Below are positions 20,163-31,447 of a stretch of 40,161 nucleotides of DNA, in pieces; positions within the stretch are counted from its first letter, which is position 1, and every line of letters begins with the position of its first letter. Source of the DNA: Gammaproteobacteria bacterium (GTDB lineage: Bacteria; Pseudomonadota; Gammaproteobacteria; Eutrophobiales; Eutrophobiaceae); the NCBI GenBank assembly GCA_018676275.1, contig JABHFC010000098.1:1-40161 (forward strand). The letters run 5' to 3'. A model generated the notes under the pieces. That model saw only the letters and a list, made by a program, of their open reading frames with translations, was not told where the DNA came from and searched no databases. The translations under genes and the position numbers were made by a program.

Positions 20163-21305
20163 CTATTTATCTTTCATTATCCGGTCATATTCCATCATCG
20201 CAAACCTGTCAGTCATCCCTGCAATATAATCTTTTACGATACTCTCTCTGCTATAACTTTCATTATCAGTATAACTAGCTGAGATTGTACTTGTTGACCT
20301 CTCTGGTAACAAACCTGGATTATCAATAAAGCTATTAAAAAGCTCAACCACGATGTGTTGGGATTTTTCAGCCATTTCTCGAACTTTACTGTGGTTATAC
20401 AAATTCTTGCTCAGAAAACGTTTTAACTGGATATGCTTTCTGTGCACATCCTCGCCAAGTTTTATAACAATGTCTTCGGAATTTCGTACATCATCTATTG
20501 ACTTCACCCCAATAGATTGAACTCTTGCTTTACTGGTTTCGATAAGGTCTGTAACCAGATTATTGATCATTCGCCTGATTAATTCGTTACTTAAGCGCTT
20601 GCCCTTTATATCTGGCCAGTGATCAGTAACATATTGATAGTGTTCATCAATGATTTCACAATCTCTTAATTCATCGATAGAAATAAGACCAGAACGTAAG
20701 CCATCGTCAACATCGTGATTATTGTAAGCTATTTCATCGGCAATATTTGCTACCTGGGCTTCCATACCTGGCTGCAGGTTTTGTTCAAATCGCTGGCCCA
20801 GTTCACCCAGGATCTCTGCATTTTTACGTGAACAGTGTTTCAATATTCCTTCCCGAGTTTCGAAAGTCAGATTTAGGCCCGGATATTCTGCATACCTTTC
20901 TTCAAGCAAATCTACGACTCTCAATGATTGAAAATTATGTTCAAAACCTCCATGGTCTTTCATGCAAAGATTCAATGCGGCCTGCCCTGCATGCCCAAAT
21001 GGCGTATGACCGAGATCATGTGCCAGGCATATCGCTTCCGTGAGATCTTCATTCAGCCCTAGCGCACGCGCAACAGTTCTACCAATCTGAGACACTTCAA
21101 GAGAATGTGTCAGGCGAGTACGAAACATATCGCCTTCATGATTAACGAATACCTGAGTCTTGTATTCAAGCCTTCTGAAAGCAGAGCTGTGAATAATACG
21201 ATCCCTGTCTCTCTGATACTGACTACGAAAAGGTGAAGCTTGTTCAGTAAATCGACGACCGCGTGATGATTCATCGCTGGCTGCATATGATGCCAGCGAG
21301 AGCAT
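20163..21305 (-). CDS. dgt: Deoxyguanosinetriphosphate triphosphohydrolase (HD family)
   Basis: QRDRDRIIHS, FRRLEYKTQVF, RTRLTHSLEV, AHDLGHTPFGHAG, ADEIAY..HD, DYIAGMTD; TAATG overlap with the aroB stop. Confidence 0.95.
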   Translation of the reverse strand: MLSLASYAASDESSRGRRFTEQASPFRSQYQRDRDRIIHSSAFRRLEYKTQVFVNHEGDMFRTRLTHSLEVSQIGRTVARALGLNEDLTEAICLAHDLGHTPFGHAGQAALNLCMKDHGGFEHNFQSLRVVDLLEERYAEYPGLNLTFETREGILKHCSRKNAEILGELGQRFEQNLQPGMEAQVANIADEIAYNNHDVDDGLRSGLISIDELRDCEIIDEHYQYVTDHWPDIKGKRLSNELIRRMINNLVTDLIETSKARVQSIGVKSIDDVRNSEDIVIKLGEDVHRKHIQLKRFLSKNLYNHSKVREMAEKSQHIVVELFNSFIDNPGLLPERSTSTISASYTDNESYSRESIVKDYIAGMTDRFAMMEYDRIMKDK

Positions 21306-22399
21306 TAATTTTTTCCTTTTACTGAAGAAAATTGCTCAACTGTAAGTTGCAACAAGTTCTCGTCAAATTCATTAGTAACTACCGCGTCACCAATACTTTT
21401 CAACACAACCAAAAAGAGTTGCCCATCTTTCGCTTTCTTGTCGACGGACATCAATTCTCTCATATTTGAAATTTCAAATTGTTCTGGCAGCTTTATTGGT
21501 AATCCAGCTTTTATAAGCAGGTCCCGAATCCTGGCTAAATCAGTTTCTGTAATCCATCCGCTTCGACAGGATAAATCTGCTGCCATAAGCATTCCCAGAC
21601 CGACAGCTTCACCATGTAACCAGTCTTTATAATTCAAACCTGTTTCAACTGCATGAGCAAAAGTATGACCAAAATTCAATAATGCGCGTTGACCTTGTTC
21701 TCTTTCATCATCGGCAACTACTTCTGCCTTATTCTGGCAGGAACGTTCAATTGCGTATTGCAAACATTCATCATCCCGATCCCTCAAACTTTCTATATTA
21801 TTCTCCAACCAGGTGAAAAATACCGGGTCTCGAATTAATCCATATTTTATAACCTCAGCCAGTCCAGCTGATAATTCACGGTCGGGAAGTGTGTCCAGCA
21901 CATCACTATCTGAATATACGGCTATTGGTTGATGGAAGGCACCAATCATATTTTTACCGATCTCATGATTCACCGCTGTTTTTCCACCAACAGATGAATC
22001 TACCTGGGCTAGTAAGGTAGTCGGTATTTGAATATAGTTGGCACCTCTTTGATAACAGGCTGCTGCAAATCCTGTTATGTCACCAACTACACCCCCTCCT
22101 AAAGCAATAAGAGTACAGTTACGACTGAATTTATTTTCCAGCAATTGAGTAACTATTTCATTCATTACGGTAAGATTCTTGTGTGATTCACCGTCTGCTA
22201 TTACATAAGATAATGGACTGAAGTCAGCAAGAGTGTCCAATAGTTGAGGCAAGTACAATGAGGCAATCGTGGTATTGCTGACTACCATAACTTGCGAGGA
22301 GTGAATAATATTTACAAATAGCTCTGGATCGCCCAGCAAGCCTTTTCCAATAAGGATTGGATAACTCCTCTGACCTAATTCTACTTTAAGTTCTTTCAT
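21305..22399 (-). CDS. aroB: 3-dehydroquinate synthase
   Basis: ALGGGVVGD, PTTLLAQVDSSVGGKT, KNMIGAFHQP, LNFGHTFAHA, HGEAV. Start set at ATG 22399 (ATGA overlap with the aroK stop). Confidence 0.97.
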   Translation of the reverse strand: MKELKVELGQRSYPILIGKGLLGDPELFVNIIHSSQVMVVSNTTIASLYLPQLLDTLADFSPLSYVIADGESHKNLTVMNEIVTQLLENKFSRNCTLIALGGGVVGDITGFAAACYQRGANYIQIPTTLLAQVDSSVGGKTAVNHEIGKNMIGAFHQPIAVYSDSDVLDTLPDRELSAGLAEVIKYGLIRDPVFFTWLENNIESLRDRDDECLQYAIERSCQNKAEVVADDEREQGQRALLNFGHTFAHAVETGLNYKDWLHGEAVGLGMLMAADLSCRSGWITETDLARIRDLLIKAGLPIKLPEQFEISNMRELMSVDKKAKDGQLFLVVLKSIGDAVVTNEFDENLLQLTVEQFSSVKGKN

Positions 22400-22914
22400 G
22401 GCAAATCCAATTGCTGACAAATTCTATTTACAATCTGTTTAATTATATTGTTGTCTGTCTGAATAACCAGATCTGCAACTTCCTCATACAATGGGACTCT
22501 TGTTTCCAGCATTTCCAATATTGTCGCCCTACGATCATCAGTATTTAACAAGGGACGCTTTTTATCTTTGGCAGTTCGATCCATCAGCTTTTCCGGAGAG
22601 GATTTTAAGTAAACAACCCGGCCTCTGCTTTTCAGGAATTTTCTATTGCTATCGGACAAAATGGCTCCGCCACCCGTGGCCAATAAGATACCCTTTTTCG
22701 CTGTAAGCTCCTCTATCATTTTCGCCTCTCGCTTTCGAAATCCTTCTTCACCTTCAATCTCGAATATTAGAGCGATATCAGCACCGGTTTTCTTTTCTAT
22801 TTCTCCATCTGAGTCATAGAATTGCATTCCTAGTCGAGATGCCAATTGGCGTCCAATAGTGGTTTTTCCCGATCCCATCGGTCCAATGAGGAATATATTT
22901 TGTATTGCTTCCAC
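22396..22914 (-). CDS. aroK: Shikimate kinase
   Basis: LIGPMGSGKTTIG, IFEIEGEEGFR, ATGGG, RPLL; GTG start. Confidence 0.97.
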   Translation of the reverse strand: MEAIQNIFLIGPMGSGKTTIGRQLASRLGMQFYDSDGEIEKKTGADIALIFEIEGEEGFRKREAKMIEELTAKKGILLATGGGAILSDSNRKFLKSRGRVVYLKSSPEKLMDRTAKDKKRPLLNTDDRRATILEMLETRVPLYEEVADLVIQTDNNIIKQIVNRICQQLDLP

Positions 22915-23117
22915 TGTAATAACGATAGCTTTCTGATTGATTCAAAAGGTCACTGCATTAATCAAAATATAAAGAGTCCATTCAAGAAGATTGAACAGTT
23001 CACCAGGCGCATGAATTGACATTTGTAATGTTACCGTATCGCTACAATTAGTTAAATTTTGTTTGGGCAAAAGAATTTTTCATGCATCCTGAATCTCCGT
23101 GCTTGCAAATTCAGGAT

Positions 23118-23149
23118 AAAAAAAAAGATGTAGCCGAAGCTACATCTTT
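23118..23149 (-). terminator. Rho-independent terminator after pilQ
   Basis: Minus strand AAAGATGTAGC-TTCG-GCTACATCTTT: perfect stem with a cUUCGg loop, ending in a run of 9 U; 33 nt after the pilQ stop. Confidence 0.9.
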
Positions 23150-23182
23150 CTCTAGAGGTACTAACGATTACGTTTTTTATTA

Positions 23183-25321
23183 TTATATTTTCAATTCTTC
23201 CTTAATGATTTTCGGTGTTACAAAAATCAACAACTCACTTCTGGCATTTTCCACCCTGGTTTTCTTAAACAGAAATCCTAGTACTGGTAGTTCACCGAAG
23301 AAGGGGACTCGGTCTGAAGATTTTCTATCGACCTGACTATAAACCCCGCCCAGAACAACGGTCTCACCATCATCAACCAACACCTGAGTACTCACCGACC
23401 TTGTATTGATTGGCGGCACACCCAGCACGTCGGGAGAACCTCGTGTATCCTGATTTACCATCAAATCCAGTAAGACCCGATTGTCCGGTGTGATTTGCGG
23501 TGTCACTCTTAAAGCCAACACGGCTTTCTTAAAAGAAACTGAAGTTGCACCGCTGGATGAAGCTTCCTGAAAGGGTATTTCTACGCCTGACTCTATCACG
23601 GCTTCCGTCTGATTTGAGGTAATAACTTTTGGGCTGGCGATATCTTCACCACGTCCTTCTGCCAGTAAAGCTGAGAGTTCCAGTTGCAATAGATAGGAAC
23701 CAATTTTTCCAACTGCCAGACCTATACCAGAAGTTGCACCTGCAACAGGCAGGTTAACCAGTAAGTCATCTGCACCATGATTAAATGCTGTGGGTGCTCC
23801 AAAATCTCTTGGCCCAACGACATTACCTCCTCCCAGTGCGAACAATTCGCCGGCAGTCTGATTTGACTGATCCGAATGTTTGCTATAACCGAACTGTACA
23901 CCCAGATCTCTGGTAAAACTTTCATCTGCATTAACAATGCGAGATTCGATCATTACCTGTCTTATAGGTATATCTAGTTTCGACACCATTGACCTTATAG
24001 ATTCAAGGCTGCCTGCCACATCCTGAATAATCAGGGTATTTGTGCGCTCATCAATAGTGACATTGCCTCTATCAGACAGCAGATTGTTCTCACCTGTCTG
24101 AATCAAACTCGCCAGTTCTGATGCTTTGGCATAATTTATTTGTACAAATTCAGTACGCAATGGAGCTAATTCTTCAACCTGTCTTTGTGACTCCAGTTCC
24201 AGCTTCTCTCTGGCAGCGATTTCCTCCTGAGGCCCTACCATCATGACGTTTCCAGCCTGACGCATACCCAGACCTCTCGCCTTAAGAATAATGTCAAGTG
24301 CTTGATCCCACGGAACATTCTTTAATCGCAGGGTAACACTACCGCTAACAGTATCACTGGCTACTAAATTCAAACCGGTAAAATCAGCAATTAACTGAAG
24401 GACAGCTCTTACTTCAATGTTTTGAAAATTCAAAGACAGGCGCTCACCGGTATATCCAAACTTTTTCTTTTTGCTGGCTTCTTCCTCTTCCACGGACAAT
24501 GGTCGAACTTCCAATGTAAACACATCGTCAGATTGATAAGCCATATGATCATATTGCTCACTGACTGTGCTGATGCGCATACGCGTACCATTGCCATAGG
24601 CTGAAGTATCTACTTCCTTCACGGGAGTAGCGAAATCTATAACATCCAGACGTCTATCAAGATTTGAAGGTAAATTTGTAGCAATAAAATCGACTACTAT
24701 TTGACCAGACTCCTGACCCAAATTAACACTAATTGATGGATCAGAAAGTTTAACAATTATTCGGCCCTCTCCACCTTCCCCTCTTCGAAAATCTATGTTG
24801 TCAATACTTGACGATCCGGAAGCAGACCCGCTGGATGCTGTTGTACTATCCACAGAAGGACTTCCTGCTCCCAGGGTAACTAATACAACATTATCTTGAA
24901 GCTGAATATCATAGGAAACTGAATTGACCAGATTTACCACTACACGTGTTCGCCCGGCAGCTTCTACCGCCGTCACACTATGTGCCATGCCTATACCAAT
25001 AGTCTGGCTTTTTTCTTCCAGATTCAGGTTAACATTTGGTAAGTCAATTGCGAGCCTGGCTGGATTATCAATAGTGAAGTTGACTGGCTCCTCCTGCAAA
25101 GCTTCTGAAAACTGCAAACTAAGTTGCACCTTTTCACCAGGCAGAGCTGAATAACTTATGTCATTCAAACTAACTTCAGCAAAGGCAGTCGTTGTACTAA
25201 AGAACATTGCACAGGTCAGGACCATGCCAATTGACCTTACTGTCCTGCTTATTAAAAGCGTATTCAAATACACTCTGAACATCTTGATTGTTTTAGTTTC
25301 AATCATATTTTGCCACCCCAT
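23183..25321 (-). CDS. pilQ: Type IV pilus secretin
   Basis: AMIN-like N-terminal domains (FTIDNPARLAIDL, DFRRG), LSLNFQNIEVRAVLQ, NVPWDQAL, VTPQITPD, GETVVLGG, ELLIFVTP. Confidence 0.97.
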   Translation of the reverse strand: MGWQNMIETKTIKMFRVYLNTLLISRTVRSIGMVLTCAMFFSTTTAFAEVSLNDISYSALPGEKVQLSLQFSEALQEEPVNFTIDNPARLAIDLPNVNLNLEEKSQTIGIGMAHSVTAVEAAGRTRVVVNLVNSVSYDIQLQDNVVLVTLGAGSPSVDSTTASSGSASGSSSIDNIDFRRGEGGEGRIIVKLSDPSISVNLGQESGQIVVDFIATNLPSNLDRRLDVIDFATPVKEVDTSAYGNGTRMRISTVSEQYDHMAYQSDDVFTLEVRPLSVEEEEASKKKKFGYTGERLSLNFQNIEVRAVLQLIADFTGLNLVASDTVSGSVTLRLKNVPWDQALDIILKARGLGMRQAGNVMMVGPQEEIAAREKLELESQRQVEELAPLRTEFVQINYAKASELASLIQTGENNLLSDRGNVTIDERTNTLIIQDVAGSLESIRSMVSKLDIPIRQVMIESRIVNADESFTRDLGVQFGYSKHSDQSNQTAGELFALGGGNVVGPRDFGAPTAFNHGADDLLVNLPVAGATSGIGLAVGKIGSYLLQLELSALLAEGRGEDIASPKVITSNQTEAVIESGVEIPFQEASSSGATSVSFKKAVLALRVTPQITPDNRVLLDLMVNQDTRGSPDVLGVPPINTRSVSTQVLVDDGETVVLGGVYSQVDRKSSDRVPFFGELPVLGFLFKKTRVENARSELLIFVTPKIIKEELKI

Positions 25322-25326
25322 TACAT

Positions 25327-25917
25327 TTATTCTTCAACGAGCACAATTGCAGCCTGTCGCTCATCCCATCGACCATTGCTGTCCTGAACGATTTCCCGTA
25401 ACTCGATTCGATCTTCAAATACATTGATGATCTTACCGATGTTACGCCCCATATAATTGCCTACTTTAACTCTGTGCACGGTATTATCCGGATCATTGAT
25501 GATTGCCCAGTTTTCGTTAGCATTCTCCAATGTACCTACCATCCTCAAGCTATCCAATTCAAATTGTTCCAGTTCTTCACGATTCCTGTTGCGAATTTCT
25601 GCTTCCATTTCTTTCGTCAAGCCAGTGTCTTTTACTTCGACTAACTCCTCGCTACGTAATTTGTAGAAAGAGACAAAAGGATCTCGTGAGTTTTTGTCTG
25701 CAGACATATAAGCATATGCTTCATATGGCTTGATCTCAGGCAATGGTTGAATCCTGCCGCCTGGGCGAGCTAATACTTCCTGAGTCCATTGATCCAGATC
25801 ACTTATGTCCGTAGAAACACAGCCACCGACCACAAGCAATGACGCCACAGCAATTAAATGACAAATTTGATTTTGGAATAATTTATTTCTCACGGCTTTA
25901 TCCCTCTTCTTCTTCAA
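25327..25917 (-). CDS. pilP: Type IV pilus assembly lipoprotein (start may be GTG at 25893)
   Basis: Lipobox VGGC, RDPF, REELEQFELDSLRMVGTL, VKVGNYMGRN; position between pilO and pilQ. Confidence 0.93.
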   Translation of the reverse strand: MKKKRDKAVRNKLFQNQICHLIAVASLLVVGGCVSTDISDLDQWTQEVLARPGGRIQPLPEIKPYEAYAYMSADKNSRDPFVSFYKLRSEELVEVKDTGLTKEMEAEIRNRNREELEQFELDSLRMVGTLENANENWAIINDPDNTVHRVKVGNYMGRNIGKIINVFEDRIELREIVQDSNGRWDERQAAIVLVEE

Positions 25918-26491
25918 TGGCGCGATACGTTTTCGCTGTCGCTGCCATCGTCAATTCGCCAGGACGATTGCCTGTAAAATTAATTTTTATATTGTGAGTA
26001 GTTACAATTCTGGGTAATGCCGCGATGCCACTGACAAACTCGCCCAATTGGTGATAGCTACCCTTTACCTTGATGCTTATAGGCAGTTCAGCATAGAACT
26101 CTGTAGGTACTTCACTCAATGGTTGAAATAATTCAAACTCGAGACCTGAAGAAAGTCCTGTCTGGGAAATATCTACCAACAAACCTGCAACCTCTGTTTT
26201 GTTGGGCAATTGTCTTACCATATCGCCGAAAGATTGTTCCATTTCCTTCATTTGTTCACGCAAAGGCCTCAGATTGGCAGTCTTTTTCTGCTTTCTTTCA
26301 AAGATTTCCTTTTGCTCTATCTCCTGGGACTCGACAGTAGCAAGTTCTACTCTTTGCTCACTGATATCAAAGTGGTACCCGGCATATACAAGGGCTACAA
26401 AAAGAATAGCTATTAAGGCTAACTGAATTGGTAATGGCCAGACTCCGGGGTTATTCGGATCTAGATTGTTAAGATCATCAATGAGACTCAT
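25898..26491 (-). CDS. pilO: Type IV pilus assembly protein
   Basis: LDPNNPGVWP, RQLPNKTEVAGLLVDISQTG, FYAELPI, GSYHQLGEFVS, LPRIVT. Confidence 0.95.
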   Translation of the reverse strand: MSLIDDLNNLDPNNPGVWPLPIQLALIAILFVALVYAGYHFDISEQRVELATVESQEIEQKEIFERKQKKTANLRPLREQMKEMEQSFGDMVRQLPNKTEVAGLLVDISQTGLSSGLEFELFQPLSEVPTEFYAELPISIKVKGSYHQLGEFVSGIAALPRIVTTHNIKINFTGNRPGELTMAATAKTYRAIEEEEG

Positions 26492-27053
26492 ATGTCGTCT
26501 TCCTCTGATGTTTTCGGAATCACCTGAGTAAATCGTAGTATAAAAACGCTCACTCGAACTTCACCAGCGTTTTCAACCTTGATGATGTCAAGCGCAGGTG
26601 AAGTCAACCATTCTGATGACTCCAGGTTACGCATGAATGACGAAACACGTGCATTAGATTGCGCTTCTCCATTGATAGTAATGGAAGATCCACTTTGGGA
26701 AATTTCAGTAACACTTACTCCCTCAGGTAAACTCCCGACCAATTCATCAAAAAATCGAACTATTAAAGGTCTATTACCCTGCAGCTGTTCAATTGCTCGC
26801 ATTCGGGCTAACAGCTTTTTCTTTTCATTTTCCAGCTCTTTGATTTCTTCTATTTTTGTATCCAGCTGGACAATCTGATTTTCCAGAAATGTGTTACGAT
26901 TTTGCTGTGCCTCAATCAATTGTGAGTGATAAACATGTACAACTATCACTACCACTGCAGCCAGTACCGCGCCAACCCCAAGCATCACAAAAAACTCTTG
27001 CGTCTTTTCTTTGCGTTGGACCTCACGCCAGGGAAGTAGATTAATTCTAGCCA

Positions 27054-27054
<1 letters not shown>
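26488..27054 (-). CDS. pilN: Type IV pilus assembly protein
   Basis: MARINLLPWRE signature (true start 27054, TAATG overlap with pilM), AQSNARVSSFMRNLE. Confidence 0.95.
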
Positions 27055-28127
<1,073 letters not shown>

Positions 28128-28303
28128 TTATTGTGGCTAGTTATCTATCATTTGTATAATGGACATTAACTTCTTTGCGCAACTATAGTCAATAAAAAAT
28201 AAAAAACAATTAATTAATACTGTTATCCGTAAAAACCATAGGGAATTTACAATTATCCTAATTTTTACCATATCTTGGATATATTTCATTTAAACTACAC
28301 AAC

Positions 28304-30775
28304 ATGTTGAGGTTTACATTCAATTTAGCGCTTTCCATGGTCGTCATTGGCATTATTTCCATGTCAATTCTTATGCTGTATGTACTGCCAGATTTACCGG
28401 AAATAGACACTTTGAGGGATGTTCGCCTGCAAGTGCCATTGCGCATATATAGTCAAGATGGCTCACTTATTTCTGAATATGGAGAGAAACGTCGTACACC
28501 AATTGATATTAGTGATGTACCTGTACCCTTAATTAAGGCTTTTCTTGCTGCTGAGGATGACCGCTTTTATGAACATCCCGGTGTTGATTGGCAAGGCATA
28601 CTCCGGGCTGTAGTAAATCTCATCAAAACCGGTGAGAAAACCCAGGGTGGCAGCACTATCACTATGCAGGTAGCTCGAAACTTTTTCCTTAGTAGAGAAA
28701 AATCCTATATGAGGAAAATTAATGAGATTTTTCTATCGTTCAAAATTGAAAACGAATTAAGCAAAGACGAGATACTGGAACTTTATCTGAATAAAATTTA
28801 CCTCGGTCAACGAGCATACGGTGTTGCAGCTGCTGCGCAGGTCTACTATGGCAGTGATATCAAGGATCTTGAATTACCCCAAATCGCATTAATTGCAGGC
28901 CTGCCTAAGGCACCCTCTACCACCAACCCGGTAAGTGCTCCAAAGAAAGCACGAATTCGCCGTAATTATGTCCTCGGACGAATGCTAGCCAGAGCCTATA
29001 TCAGTGAAGCGGAATATAAACTGGCAATTGAAACGCCAATTACCGCCAGCCTGCACAGCCCGGACATACAGGTTGAAGCACCTTATGTTGCTGAAATGGT
29101 AAGGAAATTTCTTACTGAGGAATTTGGAGAAGAAGCGTATAGCAATGGCTACAAGGTCTTTACAACTATCCGCGACAAAAATCAGACCGCCGCAAACCAT
29201 GCGCTACGCTCTGCCTTACTCGAATATGATGAACGCCATGGTTATAGAGGCGCAGAATATCATCACGATCTCTCAGAGAATACGGATGAAGAAAAATGGA
29301 AACAGCTTCTTGCAGCATATCCTACAATTGGTGAACTCTATCCTGCGCTGGTTATTGGAATCAGAGAGCAGTCCATCTCCGCATACGTCACCGGCATCGG
29401 CATTATTGATATTGAGTGGACCGGGCTTCAGTGGGCAAGAAAATATCTTTCCGAAAATAGACGCCAGGCAACACCTTCTGTTGCAGAAGAAATTGTAAGC
29501 GCAGGAGATGTCATTCGAATAATTGAAGATGAAGAGGGTCAATGGAGATTATCGCAAATTCCGGCAGTGGAAGGTGGATTGGTCTCACTCGAACCTGACA
29601 CTGGCGCAACGCTCGCTGTTGTTGGCGGTTTTGATTTTCAACGAAGCAAGTTTAATCGGGTTACTCAAGCCTATCGACAGCCTGGCTCCGGTTTTAAACC
29701 TTTTATTTATTCTTCTGCACTGGAAAAGGGTTACACAGCAGCAAGTAGAATAAATGATGCGCCGATAGTATTTGATGATCCTGGTATTGAAGATATCTGG
29801 CGACCGGAAAATTATAGCGGCAAGACCTATGGTCCAACACGTATCCGCGAAGCGCTGATTCGCTCCCGAAACCTGGTCTCAATTCGACTTTTGCATGCGA
29901 TTGGTATTCCCTGGGCGATGGATCATATTGCCAAATTTGGCTTTGATACAGACAAACTTCCGGGAAATCTTTCACTGGCATTGGGTAGTGGTGCCATCTC
30001 CCCATGGCAACTTGCGAGCGCATATTGCATCCTGGCAAACGGTGGTTACAAAGTAGAACCTTATTTTATTGATCGCATTGAATCTTATAACGATGAGATC
30101 ATTTTCCAGGCGAGCCCACTTGTTATATGCCGTGATTGTGACTTGCCTGCCGAGATGCCCGAGGAAAGCAGTAATATAGATGATGAAATAGCTGAACCTG
30201 CCGAATCTGCTGATGAAGCAAGTGAAGTAGCAGCTGATATCGATGAAAACAACGAAGAAGAATTAACAATTAATTATTCTCCCCAGGTTATCAAACCTCA
30301 GAACATCTGGATCATGCAATCCATGATGCGCGATGTTATTCAGCATGGCACAGGACGAAAAGCCAAGGCCCTGAAAAGATCGGACCTGGCAGGTAAAACC
30401 GGCACAACTAATGATCAGCGTGATGCATGGTTTTCTGGTTTCAATTCCTCACTGGTAACTATCTCATGGGTAGGCTTCGATCAGTTCAAACCATTGGGAA
30501 ATGGGGAAACTGGCGGCAAAGCGTCTCTGCCGATGTGGATCAAGTACATGAAAGTGGCACTGGAAGATGTACCCGAAATTAAACGCGACCCACCAGGCGG
30601 CATGCTTAATCTACGCATAAACAAAAAAACTGGCCTGGCTACCAGTTCAAATGATCCAGATGCTTTTTTTGAAATTTTTCGAGTAGAGCATGCTCCGGCT
30701 CCCAATAATCAGGAATCTGATCCAGACCCCTATAATCCGGATGATCAGGACGTCATTACACCGGAATTATTTTAG
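28304..30775 (+). CDS. mrcA: Penicillin-binding protein 1A (class A PBP)
   Basis: Transglycosylase motifs EDDRFYEHPG, GGSTITMQVARN, RKINE, ILELYLN; transpeptidase SGFK, SRN, KTG; divergent from pilM as in the conserved ponA-pilM locus. Confidence 0.97.
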   Translation: MLRFTFNLALSMVVIGIISMSILMLYVLPDLPEIDTLRDVRLQVPLRIYSQDGSLISEYGEKRRTPIDISDVPVPLIKAFLAAEDDRFYEHPGVDWQGILRAVVNLIKTGEKTQGGSTITMQVARNFFLSREKSYMRKINEIFLSFKIENELSKDEILELYLNKIYLGQRAYGVAAAAQVYYGSDIKDLELPQIALIAGLPKAPSTTNPVSAPKKARIRRNYVLGRMLARAYISEAEYKLAIETPITASLHSPDIQVEAPYVAEMVRKFLTEEFGEEAYSNGYKVFTTIRDKNQTAANHALRSALLEYDERHGYRGAEYHHDLSENTDEEKWKQLLAAYPTIGELYPALVIGIREQSISAYVTGIGIIDIEWTGLQWARKYLSENRRQATPSVAEEIVSAGDVIRIIEDEEGQWRLSQIPAVEGGLVSLEPDTGATLAVVGGFDFQRSKFNRVTQAYRQPGSGFKPFIYSSALEKGYTAASRINDAPIVFDDPGIEDIWRPENYSGKTYGPTRIREALIRSRNLVSIRLLHAIGIPWAMDHIAKFGFDTDKLPGNLSLALGSGAISPWQLASAYCILANGGYKVEPYFIDRIESYNDEIIFQASPLVICRDCDLPAEMPEESSNIDDEIAEPAESADEASEVAADIDENNEEELTINYSPQVIKPQNIWIMQSMMRDVIQHGTGRKAKALKRSDLAGKTGTTNDQRDAWFSGFNSSLVTISWVGFDQFKPLGNGETGGKASLPMWIKYMKVALEDVPEIKRDPPGGMLNLRINKKTGLATSSNDPDAFFEIFRVEHAPAPNNQESDPDPYNPDDQDVITPELF

Positions 30776-30795
30776 AATTACTGCAAAGGTCTGTT

Positions 30796-31419
30796 ATGTC
30801 CACACGCATCAAGTCTTCGCAAAAATTGCGAATGGAAATCGCTGAGGTCGCGGCGAAACTTATTGCTGTAGATGGAGCACTTGATTATCACACAGCAAAG
30901 AGAAAAGCAGCTATCCAGCTTGGTTTATCTTCAAACAAAAACTTGCCCGCAAACCATGAGATTGAAAAAGCTTTAATCAGCTATCAAAACCTGTTTCAGG
31001 TGGACACTCATGAGAGCCAGTTGCAAGAGTTACGAAAGCAGGCAATCCAGGCGATGAAAATGCTTCGCCAATTTAAACCTTTACTTGTAGGCCCTGTTGC
31101 AAGCGGAACAGCAACCCGCAACTCGGAAATAATCCTGCATTTGTATTCTGATCAGCTTGAACAGGTAGGTTTGTTTCTTGCAGATCAAGGTATACCCTAT
31201 TCACTTGCCGAGAAGCACGTAAAAATCAATACCGCACAAAGTATCGTTTTTCCGACATACAACTTCATTGCAGATGAGACATCAATTTGTCTTGTGGTGA
31301 TGTCTGAAAAAGACAAGAACCTGAATCCGATCAGCTCGATTGACAATAAACCTATGATTTCTGCAAATTTGCAGGAAACCATCAGAATGACTGAATCAAG
31401 CTGTAGTTCTTTACAATAA
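30796..31419 (+). CDS. Conserved hypothetical protein, degenerate nucleotidyltransferase-like
   Basis: IAEVAAKLIAVDG..DYHTAKRKAA..LG...LP.NHEIE helical N-terminus and P-x-LVGPVASGTA..SEIILHL, resembling the G-S-x(n)-D-x-D Pol-beta NTase motif without the Asp pair. Confidence 0.6.
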   Translation: MSTRIKSSQKLRMEIAEVAAKLIAVDGALDYHTAKRKAAIQLGLSSNKNLPANHEIEKALISYQNLFQVDTHESQLQELRKQAIQAMKMLRQFKPLLVGPVASGTATRNSEIILHLYSDQLEQVGLFLADQGIPYSLAEKHVKINTAQSIVFPTYNFIADETSICLVVMSEKDKNLNPISSIDNKPMISANLQETIRMTESSCSSLQ

Positions 31420-31447
31420 TAATATTTATGATATTCGCGCGAAAAGT

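Noticed and set aside
20163-21305. dGTPase as an anti-phage nucleotide-depletion system
   Set aside because: Coupled to aroB in a housekeeping arrangement familiar from other proteobacteria; not in a defence island.
30120-30280. Acidic low-complexity insert after CRDC in PBP1A
   Set aside because: A variable insertion following a CxxC at this position also occurs in E. coli PBP1A; ordinary.
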